DNA of 63,238 nt, the filler included, from Chiloscyllium plagiosum (taxonomy: Eukaryota): assembly GCF_004010195.1 (NCBI RefSeq). It is 4 parts of one record of this genome, joined end to end, with 100 filler letters (N's around TTAATTAATTAA, not from the genome) between each part and the next. Parts side by side here need not be neighbours in the genome. Positions count along the whole stretch, not along the records: positions 25,491 to 52,498 come from NC_057715.1; positions 52,599 to 59,445 come from NC_057715.1; positions 59,546 to 63,238 come from NC_057715.1; 1 more part is not named here. The stretch is one strand, 5' to 3'. Of the stretch, positions 50,496 to 62,914 are shown piece after piece; within the stretch, counting starts at the first letter, position 1, and each line of letters opens with the position of its first letter. The position numbers and the translations under genes are program-made. The notes under the pieces were generated by a model that saw only the letters and a list, made by a program, of their open reading frames with translations, did not search any database and was not told where the DNA came from.

Positions 50496-51819
50496 ATTGC
50501 TATTTAACCTTGATTTGAGTTTCAACCACATCTCCACACAATCGCCGAGATTGTCTATTTCCTCTGATTTAACATTGTCTGACTCCACCCTATTTTCAGC
50601 GGATCGGCTGCTGAAGCCCTCATCCATGCCTCCACTTGACAACACAGTCCTGGCTATTTTCCCTCCTGAATGTTGAGGTCACCCAAAAGTCTCCATTCCT
50701 GTTGGCATTGGGGGACAAAGCTTTCTGTCATTGCCAGGCTTAGAGGATTTGAGCTGTAAGGGGAGGCTGAATAGCCTATTTTCCCCGGAGCATCAGAGGC
50801 TGAGGGATGACCTTATAGAGGCTTATAAAATCATGAGGGGTGTGGATGGGAGGAATAGTCAAGAGCTTTTTTCCTGGTATGGGGGGAGTCAAAGCTAGAG
50901 GGCATAGGTTTAAGGTGAGAGGGAAAAGGTATAAAAGGGACCCAAGGGGCAATTTGTACAAGCAGAGGGTGGTGTATGTATGGAATGAGCTGCCAGAGGA
51001 AATGGTACACAACAGTTGTCTGTGTCCTAATTTTCACCAAGTCCCGTTCCCCTGTAGTCACTGTGCTCACTCAGCCACTTTGACACAATTTTAAGCAGCA
51101 TCTCAATCTGAAAACTCTCACCATGGTTTCAAATCCCTTGGTGGCCTCATCCCTCCTGATCGCTGTCATCATCCTCAGACCCTCAGAGATACAGCACTCC
51201 ACCAATTCCTGTGCAACTCCATTGCACCATGGAAACTGGGTCTTCAGATGCTTAGGAACACCCTCCCTCAACATCTTACCTTCCTCCTTCAGTTTCTTTG
51301 AATTTTGATCATAATGAGACTAAGATTTTGGTGTAGTGGGAATGTCACTAGACTAGCAATCCAAAGGCAAACACAGAGAAAGCTGGAGAAACTCAGCATC
51401 TGTGGAGAGAGAAACAGAGTTAACATTTTGAGTCTGGAATGATGCTTTTCAGAACACATTCCCTGGCTTTGGGTCAGATTTCCAGCAACTGCAGTATTTT
51501 GCTTTTTATCATAGTGCTAAAGAGGCCTGGGACATGGGTTCAAAACCCACCACAGCAGCCTCTGGCACTTAAATTTAACAAATAAATCTGCAATATAAAG
51601 TAAGCCTTGGTGAGGGTGACCATGTCAACGATCAGCAATTGGAATTAAAAAAGAAACAACCCCTGGTACATAGAATCTCTACAGTGCAGAAAAAGGCCAT
51701 TTGGCCCATCAGGTCTGCACTGACCTTCTAAAGAGTATTCCAGCCAGAAACAGCTTTATCCCGTATCCCTGCATTTCCATGGCAACGATCAACAACTGGA
51801 ATAAAAACCATCCTCTGAT

Positions 51820-52152
51820 CTATAGTATCCCTACAGTGGAGGGAGAGGCTCAGTAAGTCTGCACCAACCTTCTGAAGAGCAGCTCAGCCAGACCCAACTC
51901 TATCCGCACATTTCCCATGGCTAATCCACCCAGCCTGCACATCCCTGGACACTATGGGTGATTTAGCATGGCCAATCCATCCTAAACTGCACATCTTTGG
52001 ACTGTGGGAGGAAACTGGAGCACCCGGAGGAAACGCATACAGACACGGGGAGAATGTGCAAACTCCATACAGACGGTCGCCCGAGGCTAGAATCAAACCC
52101 GGGTCCCTGACACTGAGAGGCAGCCGTGTTAACCACTGAGCCACCATGCCAC
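51820..52152 (-). mobile_element. HE1-type SINE nested in a second-family SINE
   Basis: Reverse-complement tRNA head and V core; host SINE parts at 51330-51660 and 52153-52320. Confidence 0.85.
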
Positions 52153-52376
52153 CTACTTAAGGAAGGAAATCTGCCCTCCTTACCCGGTCTAGTATACACA
52201 TGACTCCAGACCCAGGACAATGTGGTTGACTCTTAAATTCCCTCTGAACAGGCCAAGTAGGTCAAGTGGCAACTGGGGAATAGGCAATTAATGCTGGCCC
52301 CTTCCAGTGAAAGGATAAAGAGAAACAAGGTCACTTCATGTAGCTGTGAAATGTTGCTGTCTTGTTGCACAGCTGG

Positions 52377-52498
52377 TGGGGTGAGGTAGGATAGGATAGG
52401 GTAAGGTAGGGTGGGGTAGGATAGGATAGGGTAAGGTAGGGTGGGGTGGGGTGGGGTAGGGTAGGATAGGATAGGGTAAGGTAGGGTGGGGTGGGGTA
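52377..52498 (+). repeat. G-rich pentamer microsatellite (GGGTA/GGATA/GGGGT)n
   Basis: Visible tandem array running into the linker. Confidence 0.95.
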
Positions 52499-52598
52499 NN
52501 NNNNNNNNNNNNNNNNNNNNNNNNNNNNNNNNNNNNNNNNNNTTAATTAATTAANNNNNNNNNNNNNNNNNNNNNNNNNNNNNNNNNNNNNNNNNNNN
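52499..52598. other. Artificial scaffold linker
   Basis: N44-TTAATTAATTAA-N44. Confidence 0.97.
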
Positions 52599-52960
52599 CT
52601 CCCTCGGCGCTGACCCTGCGACAGTGCGGCGCTCCCTCGGCGCTGACCCTGCGACACTCCCTCGGCGCTGACCCTGCGACACTCCCTCGGCGCTGACCCT
52701 GCGACACTCCCTCGGCGCTGACCCTGCGACACTCCCTCGGCGCTGACCCTGCGACACTCCCTCGGCGCTGACCCTGCGACACTCCCTCGGCGCTGACCCT
52801 GCGACACTCCCTCGGCTGCGACAGTGCGGCGCTCCCTCGGCGCTGACCCTGCGACAGTGCGGCACTGCCTCGGCACTGACCCTGCGACAGTGCGGCACTG
52901 CCTCGGCACTGACCCTGCGACAGTGCGGCACTCCCTCGGCACTGACCCTCCGACAGTGCG
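52599..52960 (+). repeat. GC-rich minisatellite with 25-bp and 33-bp units
   Basis: (ctccctcggcgctgaccctgcgaca)n and (gtgcggcactccctcggcactgaccctgcgaca)n. Confidence 0.95.
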
Positions 52961-53409
52961 GAACCCCTTCAAGTGCTTCACAGGGAGAGTCAGCCTGGAT
53001 TGTGTGGACATGGCCTATAAGGGGGATTCGATCCTGTAATGTTCCTTGCCTCTGTGTTAGTGTCCTGCTTTCCAAAGCCCCACCTGCCCTCTCTGATTGC
53101 AGCACGGTTTACAGCATCGTCACACGCGTATTGCAGCGTGCAGACATCCCCCACAGAAATGTGGAAACCCAGTGACTGTTCTCACCTGCTGTGACTGACC
53201 TGGAGGTCCATCTCTCTGTGTTTGTGCTGTTTGCTCAGACTGAAGACCTCCTGTGCGAGCTGAGGGGGTGGGGTGTTGGGAGGGAGCATAAAAAATGAAG
53301 AATGAAACAGAAAACCGTGGAGAGGAGGAGTGATCTACTGTCTGTCGATCCTACCCTGCTGCCGTAGGAGCAGGAGAACCCCATCCTTAACTGGACTGCT
53401 GATCGGTGC

Positions 53410-53750
53410 ATGAGGCATAGGCCATTCAGCCCATCGAGTCTGCTCCCCCATTCAATGAGATTGTCACTGATCTGAATCCTCAACTCCACTTTCCTGCCTT
53501 TTCCCCCTAACCCTCGATTCTCTTCCTGATTAACGATCTCTCTCTCTGAGCCTTGAACATCCTCAGTGACCCAGCCTCGACAGCCCTCCGTGGTAAAGGA
53601 TTCCACAGATTCACTCCCCTCGGAGAGAGGAAATTCCTCCTCATCTCTGTCTTAAACAGGTGACTCCTTTTTCTGAGTTGATGCCCTCTGGTGCTGGGCT
53701 CTCCCACCAGGGGAAACAGCCCCTCCACATCTGCCCCTATCAAGTCCCTG
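53410..53750 (-). mobile_element. CR1 3' fragment
   Basis: TRGHQL...RRNFLS..VNLWN motif. Confidence 0.8.
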
Positions 53751-54549
53751 AAGAATCTCAGCAGGTCTGGCAGCACGTGTGGGGAGAGTTCAGAGTCCAT
53801 TGGCCCTTGTTCAGAGGTGATAGCAGCTTTTGATAGGTGGAGGTACATGTGCCCAAGACAGGGGCTGTGGGAGCAAGGAGTGAAAAGTTAGGGAGAGATG
53901 AAGTCCCGAGACAGAGGATGACAAATCAACAGATGATAAATAGCCAGAGAGAAAGAAAAGCTGCTCAGAGAGACAATGAGTGAAAACAGACAGGACAGGG
54001 CCTGAGGGATGGAGTGGGTAAAGGACATGGTGCTCAGACCCGAAGATTAATGACCTCGATATCGAGTCCTGAAAACTGCAGGGTCCCCAAGCAGAAAATG
54101 AAATGCTGTTCTTAACTCTGCTTTCTCTCCACAGATGCTACCAGACCTGCTGAGTTTCTCCAGCGATTTCTGCTTCTGTTTCAGATTTCCGGCATCCGTA
54201 ATTCTTTGTTTTAGGTACAAAAGTTTTGATGTGTTTAAATAAGGTCACCTCTCACTCTTCTATATTCCAAAAGGTCACACATTCTGGATGTTAAAAATAC
54301 ACATGCACACACCTGGGGAGTGTGTTCAGAAACTCACTTCCACAATGTAAAATAAAAAGTTCGACTCGAGCGAGCCAAGCTTCTCTCTGCGACTTCACAA
54401 TGTTAACAGGAATAGTGGCCATGAATGAGAAGATTGAAACTGAAAAGGGGGAGGCAGATTCAAATCCCAACACGACAGATGGTCGAGTTTGAACTTAATA
54501 AGAATCTGGAATTAAAAGTCTAATGATGACCATGAATTCAATGGACAGT

Positions 54550-54835
54550 ACGGCGGTGGCTCAGTGGTTAGCACTGGGTTCAATTCCGGCCTCGGGCGAC
54601 CGTCTGTGTGGAGTTTGCACATTCTCCCCATGTCTATGCAGGTTTCCTCTGGGTGCTCCCACAATCCAAAGATGTGCAGGTTAGGGTGGATTGACCGTGT
54701 TAAATTGCCTCTAGTACCCAGGTATGTGTAGGCCAGGTTGATTATGTGGGGTAGCTCTCAGGGGGGATGCTCTTCAGAGGGTTGGTGTGAACTCAATGGG
54801 CCAAATGGCCTACTCCCACACTGTAGGGATTTGAT
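54550..54835 (+). mobile_element. HE1-type SINE nested in a second-family SINE
   Basis: tRNA head and V core; host parts at 54455-54540 and 54845-55010. Confidence 0.8.
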
Positions 54836-55040
54836 GATCCTGTGATCTAATTCACGAATCCCTTTATGTGAAGGGTATCTGCTATCCTCACATAATCCGG
54901 CCTACACGTGACTCCATACACGCAGCAATGTGGTTAACCTATTTGCATGACCAATAAAAACAAATTGCTGGCCTAGCCAGTGACACCAGCATCTCATGAA
55001 TGAACTAAAACAAAAAAAAAGGTTGCTCAGTAGAGATAGA

Positions 55041-55358
55041 GGGTGGCACGGTAGCTCAGTGGTTAGCACGGCTGCCTCACAGCACCAGGGTCTCAGGTTC
55101 GATTCCAGCCTCGGGCAACTGTCGGTGTGGAGTTTGCACATTCTCCCTGTGTCTGCGTGGGTTTCCTCCGGGTGCTCCGGTTTCCTCCCACAGTCCAAAG
55201 ATGTGCAGGTCAGGTGAATTGGCCACGCTAAATTGTCCCATAGTGTGAGGTGCATTAGTCAGAGGGAAATGGGTCTCTGTGGGTTACTCTTCGGAGGGTC
55301 GGTGTGGACTTGCTGGGCCGAAGGGCCTGTTTCCACACTTTAGGGAATCTAATCTAAT
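55041..55358 (+). mobile_element. HE1-type SINE (well preserved)
   Basis: A-box/B-box head, V core, (aatct)n tail. Confidence 0.92.
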
Positions 55359-55809
55359 CAAGTAGAGATAGGGAACTTTCTACCTGAAAAGGTAATGGTA
55401 ATGGTGGAACGTAACACCTGAAGACTGTCCCAGGCAGGATGGGCTGAATGTCCTTCCCCTGTGGTAGATATTGTAACAAGCAGCACATCACTGAGCAGTA
55501 TCGTTGGAGAATGAGGAACTGAGTGGACATTAAAGGACAATTCAGTCCTTAAGTTAAGGAAGTGCAGCTTTGAAAGCTATCCCACAACTTTGGAAATTGC
55601 TTCATAAAACATTTAGATAGCAGAAGTGGAACCGGGATAGACTCTGTTTGTCTTATATGCAACAAACATAACTTCCTATTCTGCCAGAAAACCTGCAAGA
55701 GCAGCCTTAGAATGTACCAGAGGGAAATGTCAGTGTGCAAGTTCGTTTGTTAAAGGGAGGTGGGTCACTCAGAGAAAAAAACTCTTGACTCATCTGTTGA
55801 CAAGATATC

Positions 55810-56135
55810 TGGTGGTGCTGCAGTGGTATTATTACTGGAGCAGCAACACAGAAGCTCAGGCTAATGCCCGGGCAACACAAGTTCAAATCCCACCCACGGG
55901 AGATGGTGGAATTTAAACTCAATTCATAAAATCTGGAATTGAGATGGTGACCATCGAAACCCATCTGGTTCACTCAGGAAATCTGTTGCCCTTGCCTGGT
56001 CAGGCCTGTGCGTAACTCCAGCCCCACAGTCAATTCTTAACTGCCCTCTGAAATGGCTGAGCAAGGCACTCAGATCAGGGGAAATTAAGGATGGCAATAA
56101 GTCCTGCACTTGCCAGCATTGCCCCCATCCTGTGA
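55810..56135 (+). mobile_element. tRNA-derived SINE, second family
   Basis: gttcaaatcccacc head; 3' tail resembles that of the 16470-17230 LINE. Confidence 0.7.
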
Positions 56136-56870
56136 CCTTAAAATATAGGAGCAGAATTAGGCCATTCAACTCATCGAATCTGCTCCATTATTCCACCATG
56201 GCTGATATGTTTCTCAACCTCATTCTCCTGCCTTCTCCCTGTGACCCTTGACCCCCTTACTAATCAGGAACCTATCTATCTTTGTCTTAAACACACTCAG
56301 TGACTTGGCCTCCACAGCCCTCTGTCGCAATAAGTTCCACAGTTTTGCCACCCTCTGGCTGAAGAAATTCCTCCTCATCTCAGTTCGAAAGGGTGTTAGC
56401 TCTGTCTGAATAAGAAAATGGGGGAATATCTATCCAAACAGATAGAGAGTCTTTCCTACAAAATAAAAGGAGGCTAAAGGATGAACTTAATTAAAGGGCT
56501 TTACATTATGAAGCTTCTGGCAGGGAAAACTTTAGAAAAGGTGTCTGAACCAGGGATCACAAAGAGAAGACATTCAGTACTGATGGAAAAGGAAATTCAT
56601 AAGAAAGGACAAAAGTGTGAGAAGAGAGCAGAGAGAGAGACAGAGAGAGAGATGGAAAGAGAGAGAGAGAGATCAATGGAACCGAAAAGCAGGCCAGTGA
56701 GATACAGAAACGAGGGTGGACCGCATGAGAAAGAGCAAATACATACGAGAGTGAGAGACAGAGAAATTACAAAGAAATTCATGGAGTCTATGTGACAGAG
56801 AAAGCAAAGAAGCATAAGGGGGAACAGAGAGTGGAAAAGAATTCAAAAGAGAATCTGCACGAGTGAGCGT

Positions 56871-57092
56871 TGTTATGATCCCTGCTGATGGTAACAGTAA
56901 TTGGAACTCATTGGATCAATGGATCTCATTGACGATGAGATTCTTGATTCGGGTTATTAACCTGGGCCAATCAGGGAGCTCTGTCTGACAGACTCCACAG
57001 ACTGGCTTTGAGCTGGCTGGTCAGAGTCCATGTACCGTGCACATGGAAATAAAGGATGACTTGGTGACAGAATACCGGCCTGAGTCATTTCA
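56871..57092 (+). mobile_element. Short solo LTR
   Basis: TGTTA...TTTCA ends, AATAAA; homologous to 26794-27029. Confidence 0.65.
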
Positions 57093-57164
57093 AGTCAGAT
57101 TCCACAGTGAGACCTGGTTTGATTGACCTCAAGTTTTATTTTTGCTAATTGTTTACCGCCGCAG

Positions 57165-57620
57165 TCAGTCATTGAGCTGTACAGCACAGAGACGGACCCT
57201 TTGGTCCAACCCGTCCATGCCGACCAGATATCCCAACCTGATCTAGGCCCATTTGCCAGCACCCGGCCCATATCCCTCTGTATCCCTCTTATTCATATAC
57301 CCACTGAGATGCCTTATAAATATTGCAATTGTACCAGCCTCCACTACTTCCCCTGGCAGCTCAATCCATGCACATACCACCCTCTGCTTGAAAAAGTTGC
57401 CCCTTAGGTCTCTTTTATATCTTTCCCTTCTCACCCTAAACCTGTGCCGAGTTCTGGACTCCCCCACCCCAGGGAAAAGACTTTGTCTATTTACCCTATC
57501 CATACCTCTCAGTTTTATAAACCTCTATAAAGGTCACCCCTCAGCCTCTGACACTCCAGGGAAAAAAGCCCCAGCCTATTCAGTCTCTTCCTATAGCTCA
57601 AATCCTCCAACCCTGGCAAC
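57165..57620 (-). mobile_element. HER1-type CR1 3' fragment
   Basis: ORF 57243-57503. Confidence 0.9.
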
Positions 57621-59100
57621 ATAGAATATTACAGCACAGTACAGGCCCATCAGCCCTCGATATTACGCCGACCTGTGGAACCAATCTGAAGCCCATCAAA
57701 CCTACACTATTCCATTTTCATCCATATGTTTATCCAATGACCATTTAAATGCCTGTAAAGTTGGCAAGTCTACCACTGTTGCAGGCAGGGCGTTCCATGC
57801 CCCTACTAATCTCTGGGTAAAGAACCCATCTCTGACATCTATTCTATATCTATCACCCCTCAGTTTAAAGCTATGTCCCCTTATGCTAGCCATCATCATC
57901 ATCCAAGGAAAAAGGCTCTCTGTATGTTTCTATTAAGTCACCTCTTAACCTTCTTCTCTCTAATGAAAACAGCCTCAAATCCTTCAACCTTTCCTCATAA
58001 GACCTTCCCTCCGTACCAGGCAACATCCTGGTAAATCTCCTCTGCACCCTTTCCAAAGCTCCCACATCCTTCCTATAATGCGGCACAGAAATGTCCACAA
58101 TACTCCAAGTTCGGCCCCACCAGAGTTTTGTACAGCTGCAGCATGACCTCATGGCTCCGAAACTCAATCGCTCTACCAATAAAAGCTAACACACCGTATG
58201 CCTTCTTAATAACCCTATCAACCTGGGTGGCAACTTTCAGGGATCTATGAACATGGACACCGAGATCTCTCTGTTCACGTACACTACCAAGAATCTTACC
58301 ATCAGCCCAGTACTCTCTATTCCTTTTGCTCCTTCCAAAGTGAATTACCTCACACTTTTCCACATTAAACTGCATTTGCCACCTCTCAGCCCAGCCATGC
58401 AACTTATCTATGTCCCTCTGTAACCTGCAACATTCTCCCAAACTGTCCACACCTCCACCGATTTTAGTGTCATCCGTAAATTTACTAACCCATCCTTCTA
58501 TGCCCTCATCCAGATCATTTACAAAAGTGACAAACAGCAGTGGCCCCAAAACAGATCCTTGCAGTACACCACTAGTAAATGAACTCCAGGATGAACATTT
58601 CCCATCATCCACCACCCTGCACCATCCCTGTAGCCACGTGTTCAACTCCTCTCTCTCTCCATATTCCTCGCCTCACTAGCACGTGGCACGGGTAACAAAC
58701 CAGAGACAACAACTCTGTTTGTTCTAGCTGTCAGCTTCCACCCTAGCTCCCTGAATTTCTGCCTTACATCCCCATCCCTCTTCCTACCTATACCATTGGT
58801 GCCTATGTGGACCACGACTTGGGGTTGCTCCCCCTACCCCTTTAGGATCCCAAAAACACAATCCGAGACATCACGAACCCTGGCACCTGGGAGGCAACAC
58901 ACCAACCGTGAGTCTCTCTCGTCCCCACAGAACCTCCTGTCCCAATAACTATGGAGTCCCCAATGACTAAAGCTCTGCTCATCTCCCCACTTCCCTTCTG
59001 AGCAACAGGGACAGACTCTGTGCCAGAGACCTGTACCCCATGGCTTATCCCGGTAAATCACTCTGCAAACAGTATCCAGAATGATATACTTGTTATTGAG
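57621..59100 (-). mobile_element. Internally deleted CR1 (ORF1 esterase region fused to RT C-half and 3' tail)
   Basis: ORF 58073-58645 reads NTWLQGWCR|VVDDGK...[14 protein letters not shown]. Confidence 0.85.
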
Positions 59101-59445
59101 GGCAACATCCTTTTAAATGTTTTCTGAACCCTTTCAAGCTTCATAACATCCTTTTGATATCAGGGAGACCAGAATTGAATGCAATATTCCAAAAGTGGCC
59201 TTACCAATGTCCTGTGCAGCCGTAACATGACCTCCCAACTCCTGTACTCAATGCACTGACCGATAAAGGAAAGCATACCAAACGCCCTCTTCACTATCCT
59301 ATCTACCTGCAAACCCACTTTCAAGAAACAATGAACCTGCACTCCAAGGTCTCTTTGTTCAGCAACACTCCCTAGGACCTTACCATTAAGTGTATAAGTC
59401 CTGCTAAGATTTGCTTTCCCAAAATGCAGCTCCTCGCATTTATCT
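59101..59445 (-). mobile_element. HER1/CR1 fragment
   Basis: ORF 59160-59342 LVRPLLEYCIQFWSP. Confidence 0.85.
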
Positions 59446-59545
59446 NNNNNNNNNNNNNNNNNNNNNNNNNNNNNNNNNNNNNNNNNNNNTTAATTAATTA
59501 ANNNNNNNNNNNNNNNNNNNNNNNNNNNNNNNNNNNNNNNNNNNN
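59446..59545. other. Artificial scaffold linker
   Basis: N44-TTAATTAATTAA-N44. Confidence 0.97.
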
Positions 59546-61396
59546 CCCCTCCCCAAACTGAAGAAACATGGAAGGTGAGTATTGAGTCCATCGTCTGGAT
59601 AAACCTTGAGCATATTCCCTTTCCTCAGGTCGAACTGAAATCTGCGCTTGCTGCCCCACAGAGGGCACACTGCAAGGGAACAGAGGAGATTCCCAGGAAA
59701 GAGACCTTGTATTCTTTATTCTTACCAGGATCCTCACTAGGACTGTTTCAGAGGGTGGTTTAGAGACAGCCACATCACTGTAGGTCTGGAGTCACGTGTA
59801 GGCCAGACCAGGTGAGGATTGCAGACTCCTTCCCTAAAGGACAGATGGGTTTTTCCAACAATTAACAATGGACATCATCAGATCCTTTAGTTCCACATTG
59901 TTATTGAATCGAAATGTCACCATCTGCCCTGGTGGGATTCAAACCCATGTCCCCGGAACATTAGAGTTGTCAATTACTACCCAGAGGCTGGGTCATTCGC
60001 TCTATTCAAGGCCGAGAGGGAGAGAAAGACCACTAGTGACTGAGCACAGAGTCAGGGGTCATGGGGAAAGGCAGGGGTCGAGGGTTATCAGAGAATCCAT
60101 GATCTCACTGAATGGTGGAGCACCCAGATGGGCTAAATGGCCTCATTCTGCTGCTGTGTCTCACTGTGTTCCAGTGCAGTGAGATTACCACCAATCGCCA
60201 GCAGTGATGGGGACAGTGAAGTGGGCTCACACTGAACCGAGGGGGAAGGGGGGTGGGGGTTCTGTCTCGCGGGGTCACTGGGAATTTCTCAATGAGATTG
60301 AAAAGTGAAGTCAGGGAAATGGGAGAAAACTCAGTGGGGGCTCTGAACCTTCTGAAGGAGAAATTGCTGTGATCAGAAAGAGCGAGTTGACAATACAGTG
60401 GGCTCTGGGTGTGGATGGAGCCAGAAGTGCAGGTTAGATTATTTACAGTTACCAGTGGGGTGCTGCAGGGACCTGTTCTGGGGCCACTGCTGTTTGCCAT
60501 TTTTATAAATGACCCGGAGGTGGTCCATTTTGTCTGCTCATTATGGAGTGCTAATCTCCAGCCTTATCCCCATACCCCCCCACTATCCAGATAACCTTCC
60601 AATGTCCCTCTTGAATGTTGATTGAACCCACCTTCCCCATGTTTCCAGGTCGGGTATTCTACACCCTAACTCCTCGCTGTGGGAGGAACTATCTTCTCAT
60701 CTCAACCTTGGTTCATTCGCACATCATTTAAAATCTATATCCTCTCGTCCTTGTTCCTTTTCCGAGGGGGAACACCTTCTCCCTGGTGATGGTGTCCAGC
60801 CCACTCTTGATTGACAACCTCAATCAAGTCTCCTCTCAGCTTTCTCCTGTGCAAGAACAGTCCCAAACTCCTCAATCTATCCTCACTCTCTCCACAGTGT
60901 TCGGACCTTTCCAATAATGTGGTGCCTGGAACTGTACACTGTCCCTTAAGCTGAGTGCCAACATATGTACAGAAGCTTGTGGGGATGAGGCAAGTCACTG
61001 GGAACGCAACAAAGGAATATTGTACGATACAAGTCACTGGAGCCAAAGCGACACAGTGATTGAGATCAGAAAGAAATGAAATATCCATTCTCAGGGTGAA
61101 AGAAAACCCAGTGAGTTTCTGAACAAGACAGACACAGGGTCCAGACAGCTGCAGGGAAGTTCCAGCTGTAACACATCCCAGGGAAAAGCAATTCCTACAA
61201 CTGCTCAGATCAGGAAGAGGGCAATGATGGCACCACAGAAGATCAACATCAGAGTCCCATTCAGACTCCAGCACAACATCTTTCCTGGGGACTAGAAAAA
61301 AAGTTTTCTCCAAGGGAAAGGGTTTGGAATCCACACAATCTCATTCCAACAGTTTCCAGGGAAACTGAGATTTGAGAGCTGGAATAACCCAAAGCA

Positions 61397-61728
61397 GAGA
61401 CACACACACCCACTCACAGACACACACACACTCAGACACACGCACACTCAGACACACACACCCACTCACAGACACACGCACACTCACAGACACACACCCA
61501 CTCACAGACACACGCACACTCAGACACACGCACACTCAGACACACACACCCACTCACAGACACACGCACACTCACACACACCCACAGACACACACACACA
61601 CATACATAGATACACTCACAATCACACCCACAGACACACACACTCACATAGACACACCCACAGACATGCACTCACACACACATACAGACACCCACTGACA
61701 TGGCCACTCACAGACACACTCACACAGA
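61397..61728 (+). repeat. Compound (CA)-rich microsatellite
   Basis: Visible CA/CAGA/CTCA array. Confidence 0.95.
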
Positions 61729-61904
61729 CAAGCTAATCTCAGGAATGGAGGTGGCCTATGGGACTGAAGAGATCCCATTGGAAAACACCCTCTAATCAGA
61801 AGCAAAGAAGATCTAGTGTCATCATGCCCAGAGAAAGAGTTGGAACTTTTGAAGATTTTGGGTTTCATGCTGCCTGGAAAACCAGCCTGGTTTTCCTAAC
61901 TGGG

Positions 61905-62580
61905 GATGGATAACAGCATTCGGAAATACATTGGGATCTGGCTGAGCTGGTGCATGACTCAGATAGAGGCAGCCTGCATGCCCAGCTAATGGAATATTGC
62001 TGGTTATTACAGGAATATAAAGATGGAGATGTTCTGTTCCAGGTAGACAGGGTGAGGGGAGACCATACCTGGAGCATCGTGGTTAGCTTCGGTTTCCTTA
62101 CTTCAGAAAGGAAATGAGTACGTTCACAGAGCGTATCCGAGACGTTTCACTCGTCTGGTTCCTGGGGGGATGGGGGGGGGGGGGGGGGCACGTTACAAGG
62201 AATGGTTAGACTGAGACGGCCTGTATTCTCTGTGGATCAGCAAATGGGAGGTAACCTGAGTGAAAGGGATAGGATCCTGAAGGCATTGGCTCGGCTGGAT
62301 ACGGGGACAATGGTTCCCTTCATGGGAGAGACTGGAACAAGGAGACACTGTTTAAAAATAAGGTTCTCTCTCTCAAGATGAAGATGAGGAGGACCTCTGG
62401 CTCTCAGAGAATCTCAAGATGCAGGGTCACTCTGCATTTCAGGCCGAGGGTGTAACAAGGCACTTAGAGGGAGACGGCAGGAAAATGGGGTTGAAGCCAC
62501 AATCCAATTGCTCATGATCATATTGAATGGTGGAGCAGGTTAGATGGGCTGAAGTGTCTACTCTTGCTCCTAATTTAATG
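61905..62580 (+). mobile_element. Old CR1 3' fragment
   Basis: Degenerate LVRP(H)LE...and CR1 3' UTR. Confidence 0.65.
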
Positions 62581-62914
62581 CCCAGATCTACGATGGAGTT
62601 GGGTAGAATCATGACCATCCTCAACAAGGAGAGAGCCAGGAAAACTGAAATCCAAGTTGGGTGGGTTGTGTAGGTAATGGAGAGGCTGATCCTCTGACAG
62701 AGAAGCCTGATGTAAGGCCAACTAGGTCCTGGCTCGGTCTGATTTGTAGAATTATTTCAAAGAAAGCTCCAGTATAAAACCTTGGTTATTTCAGCAAGAG
62801 GTGAAAAATGATGAGATGCCTCGTTGGAGTGTAGGAGACAGAAGTGCAGCAGCTCACCCCTCTGCAGCCACTGTGGGGGGGGGGGATACCACTAACCATT
62901 GAATAAAGTAAAGT

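Noticed and set aside
52543..53105. Repetitive ORFs and a regularly spaced repeat array that could suggest CRISPR
   Set aside because: Head-to-tail minisatellite with no unique spacers, in eukaryotic DNA
55041..55110. tRNA-like sequences
   Set aside because: SINE heads continuing into V core and LINE-derived tail, not tRNA genes
59575..59630. GTGAGT...ttcctcag mini-intron
   Set aside because: About 54 nt, too short, and no coding support
60735..61334. 199-aa minus ORF
   Set aside because: C-terminal part is a CR1 remnant; the rest has no recognisable motif
61341..61868. His/Thr- and Cys/Val-rich ORFs
   Set aside because: Translations of a CA microsatellite
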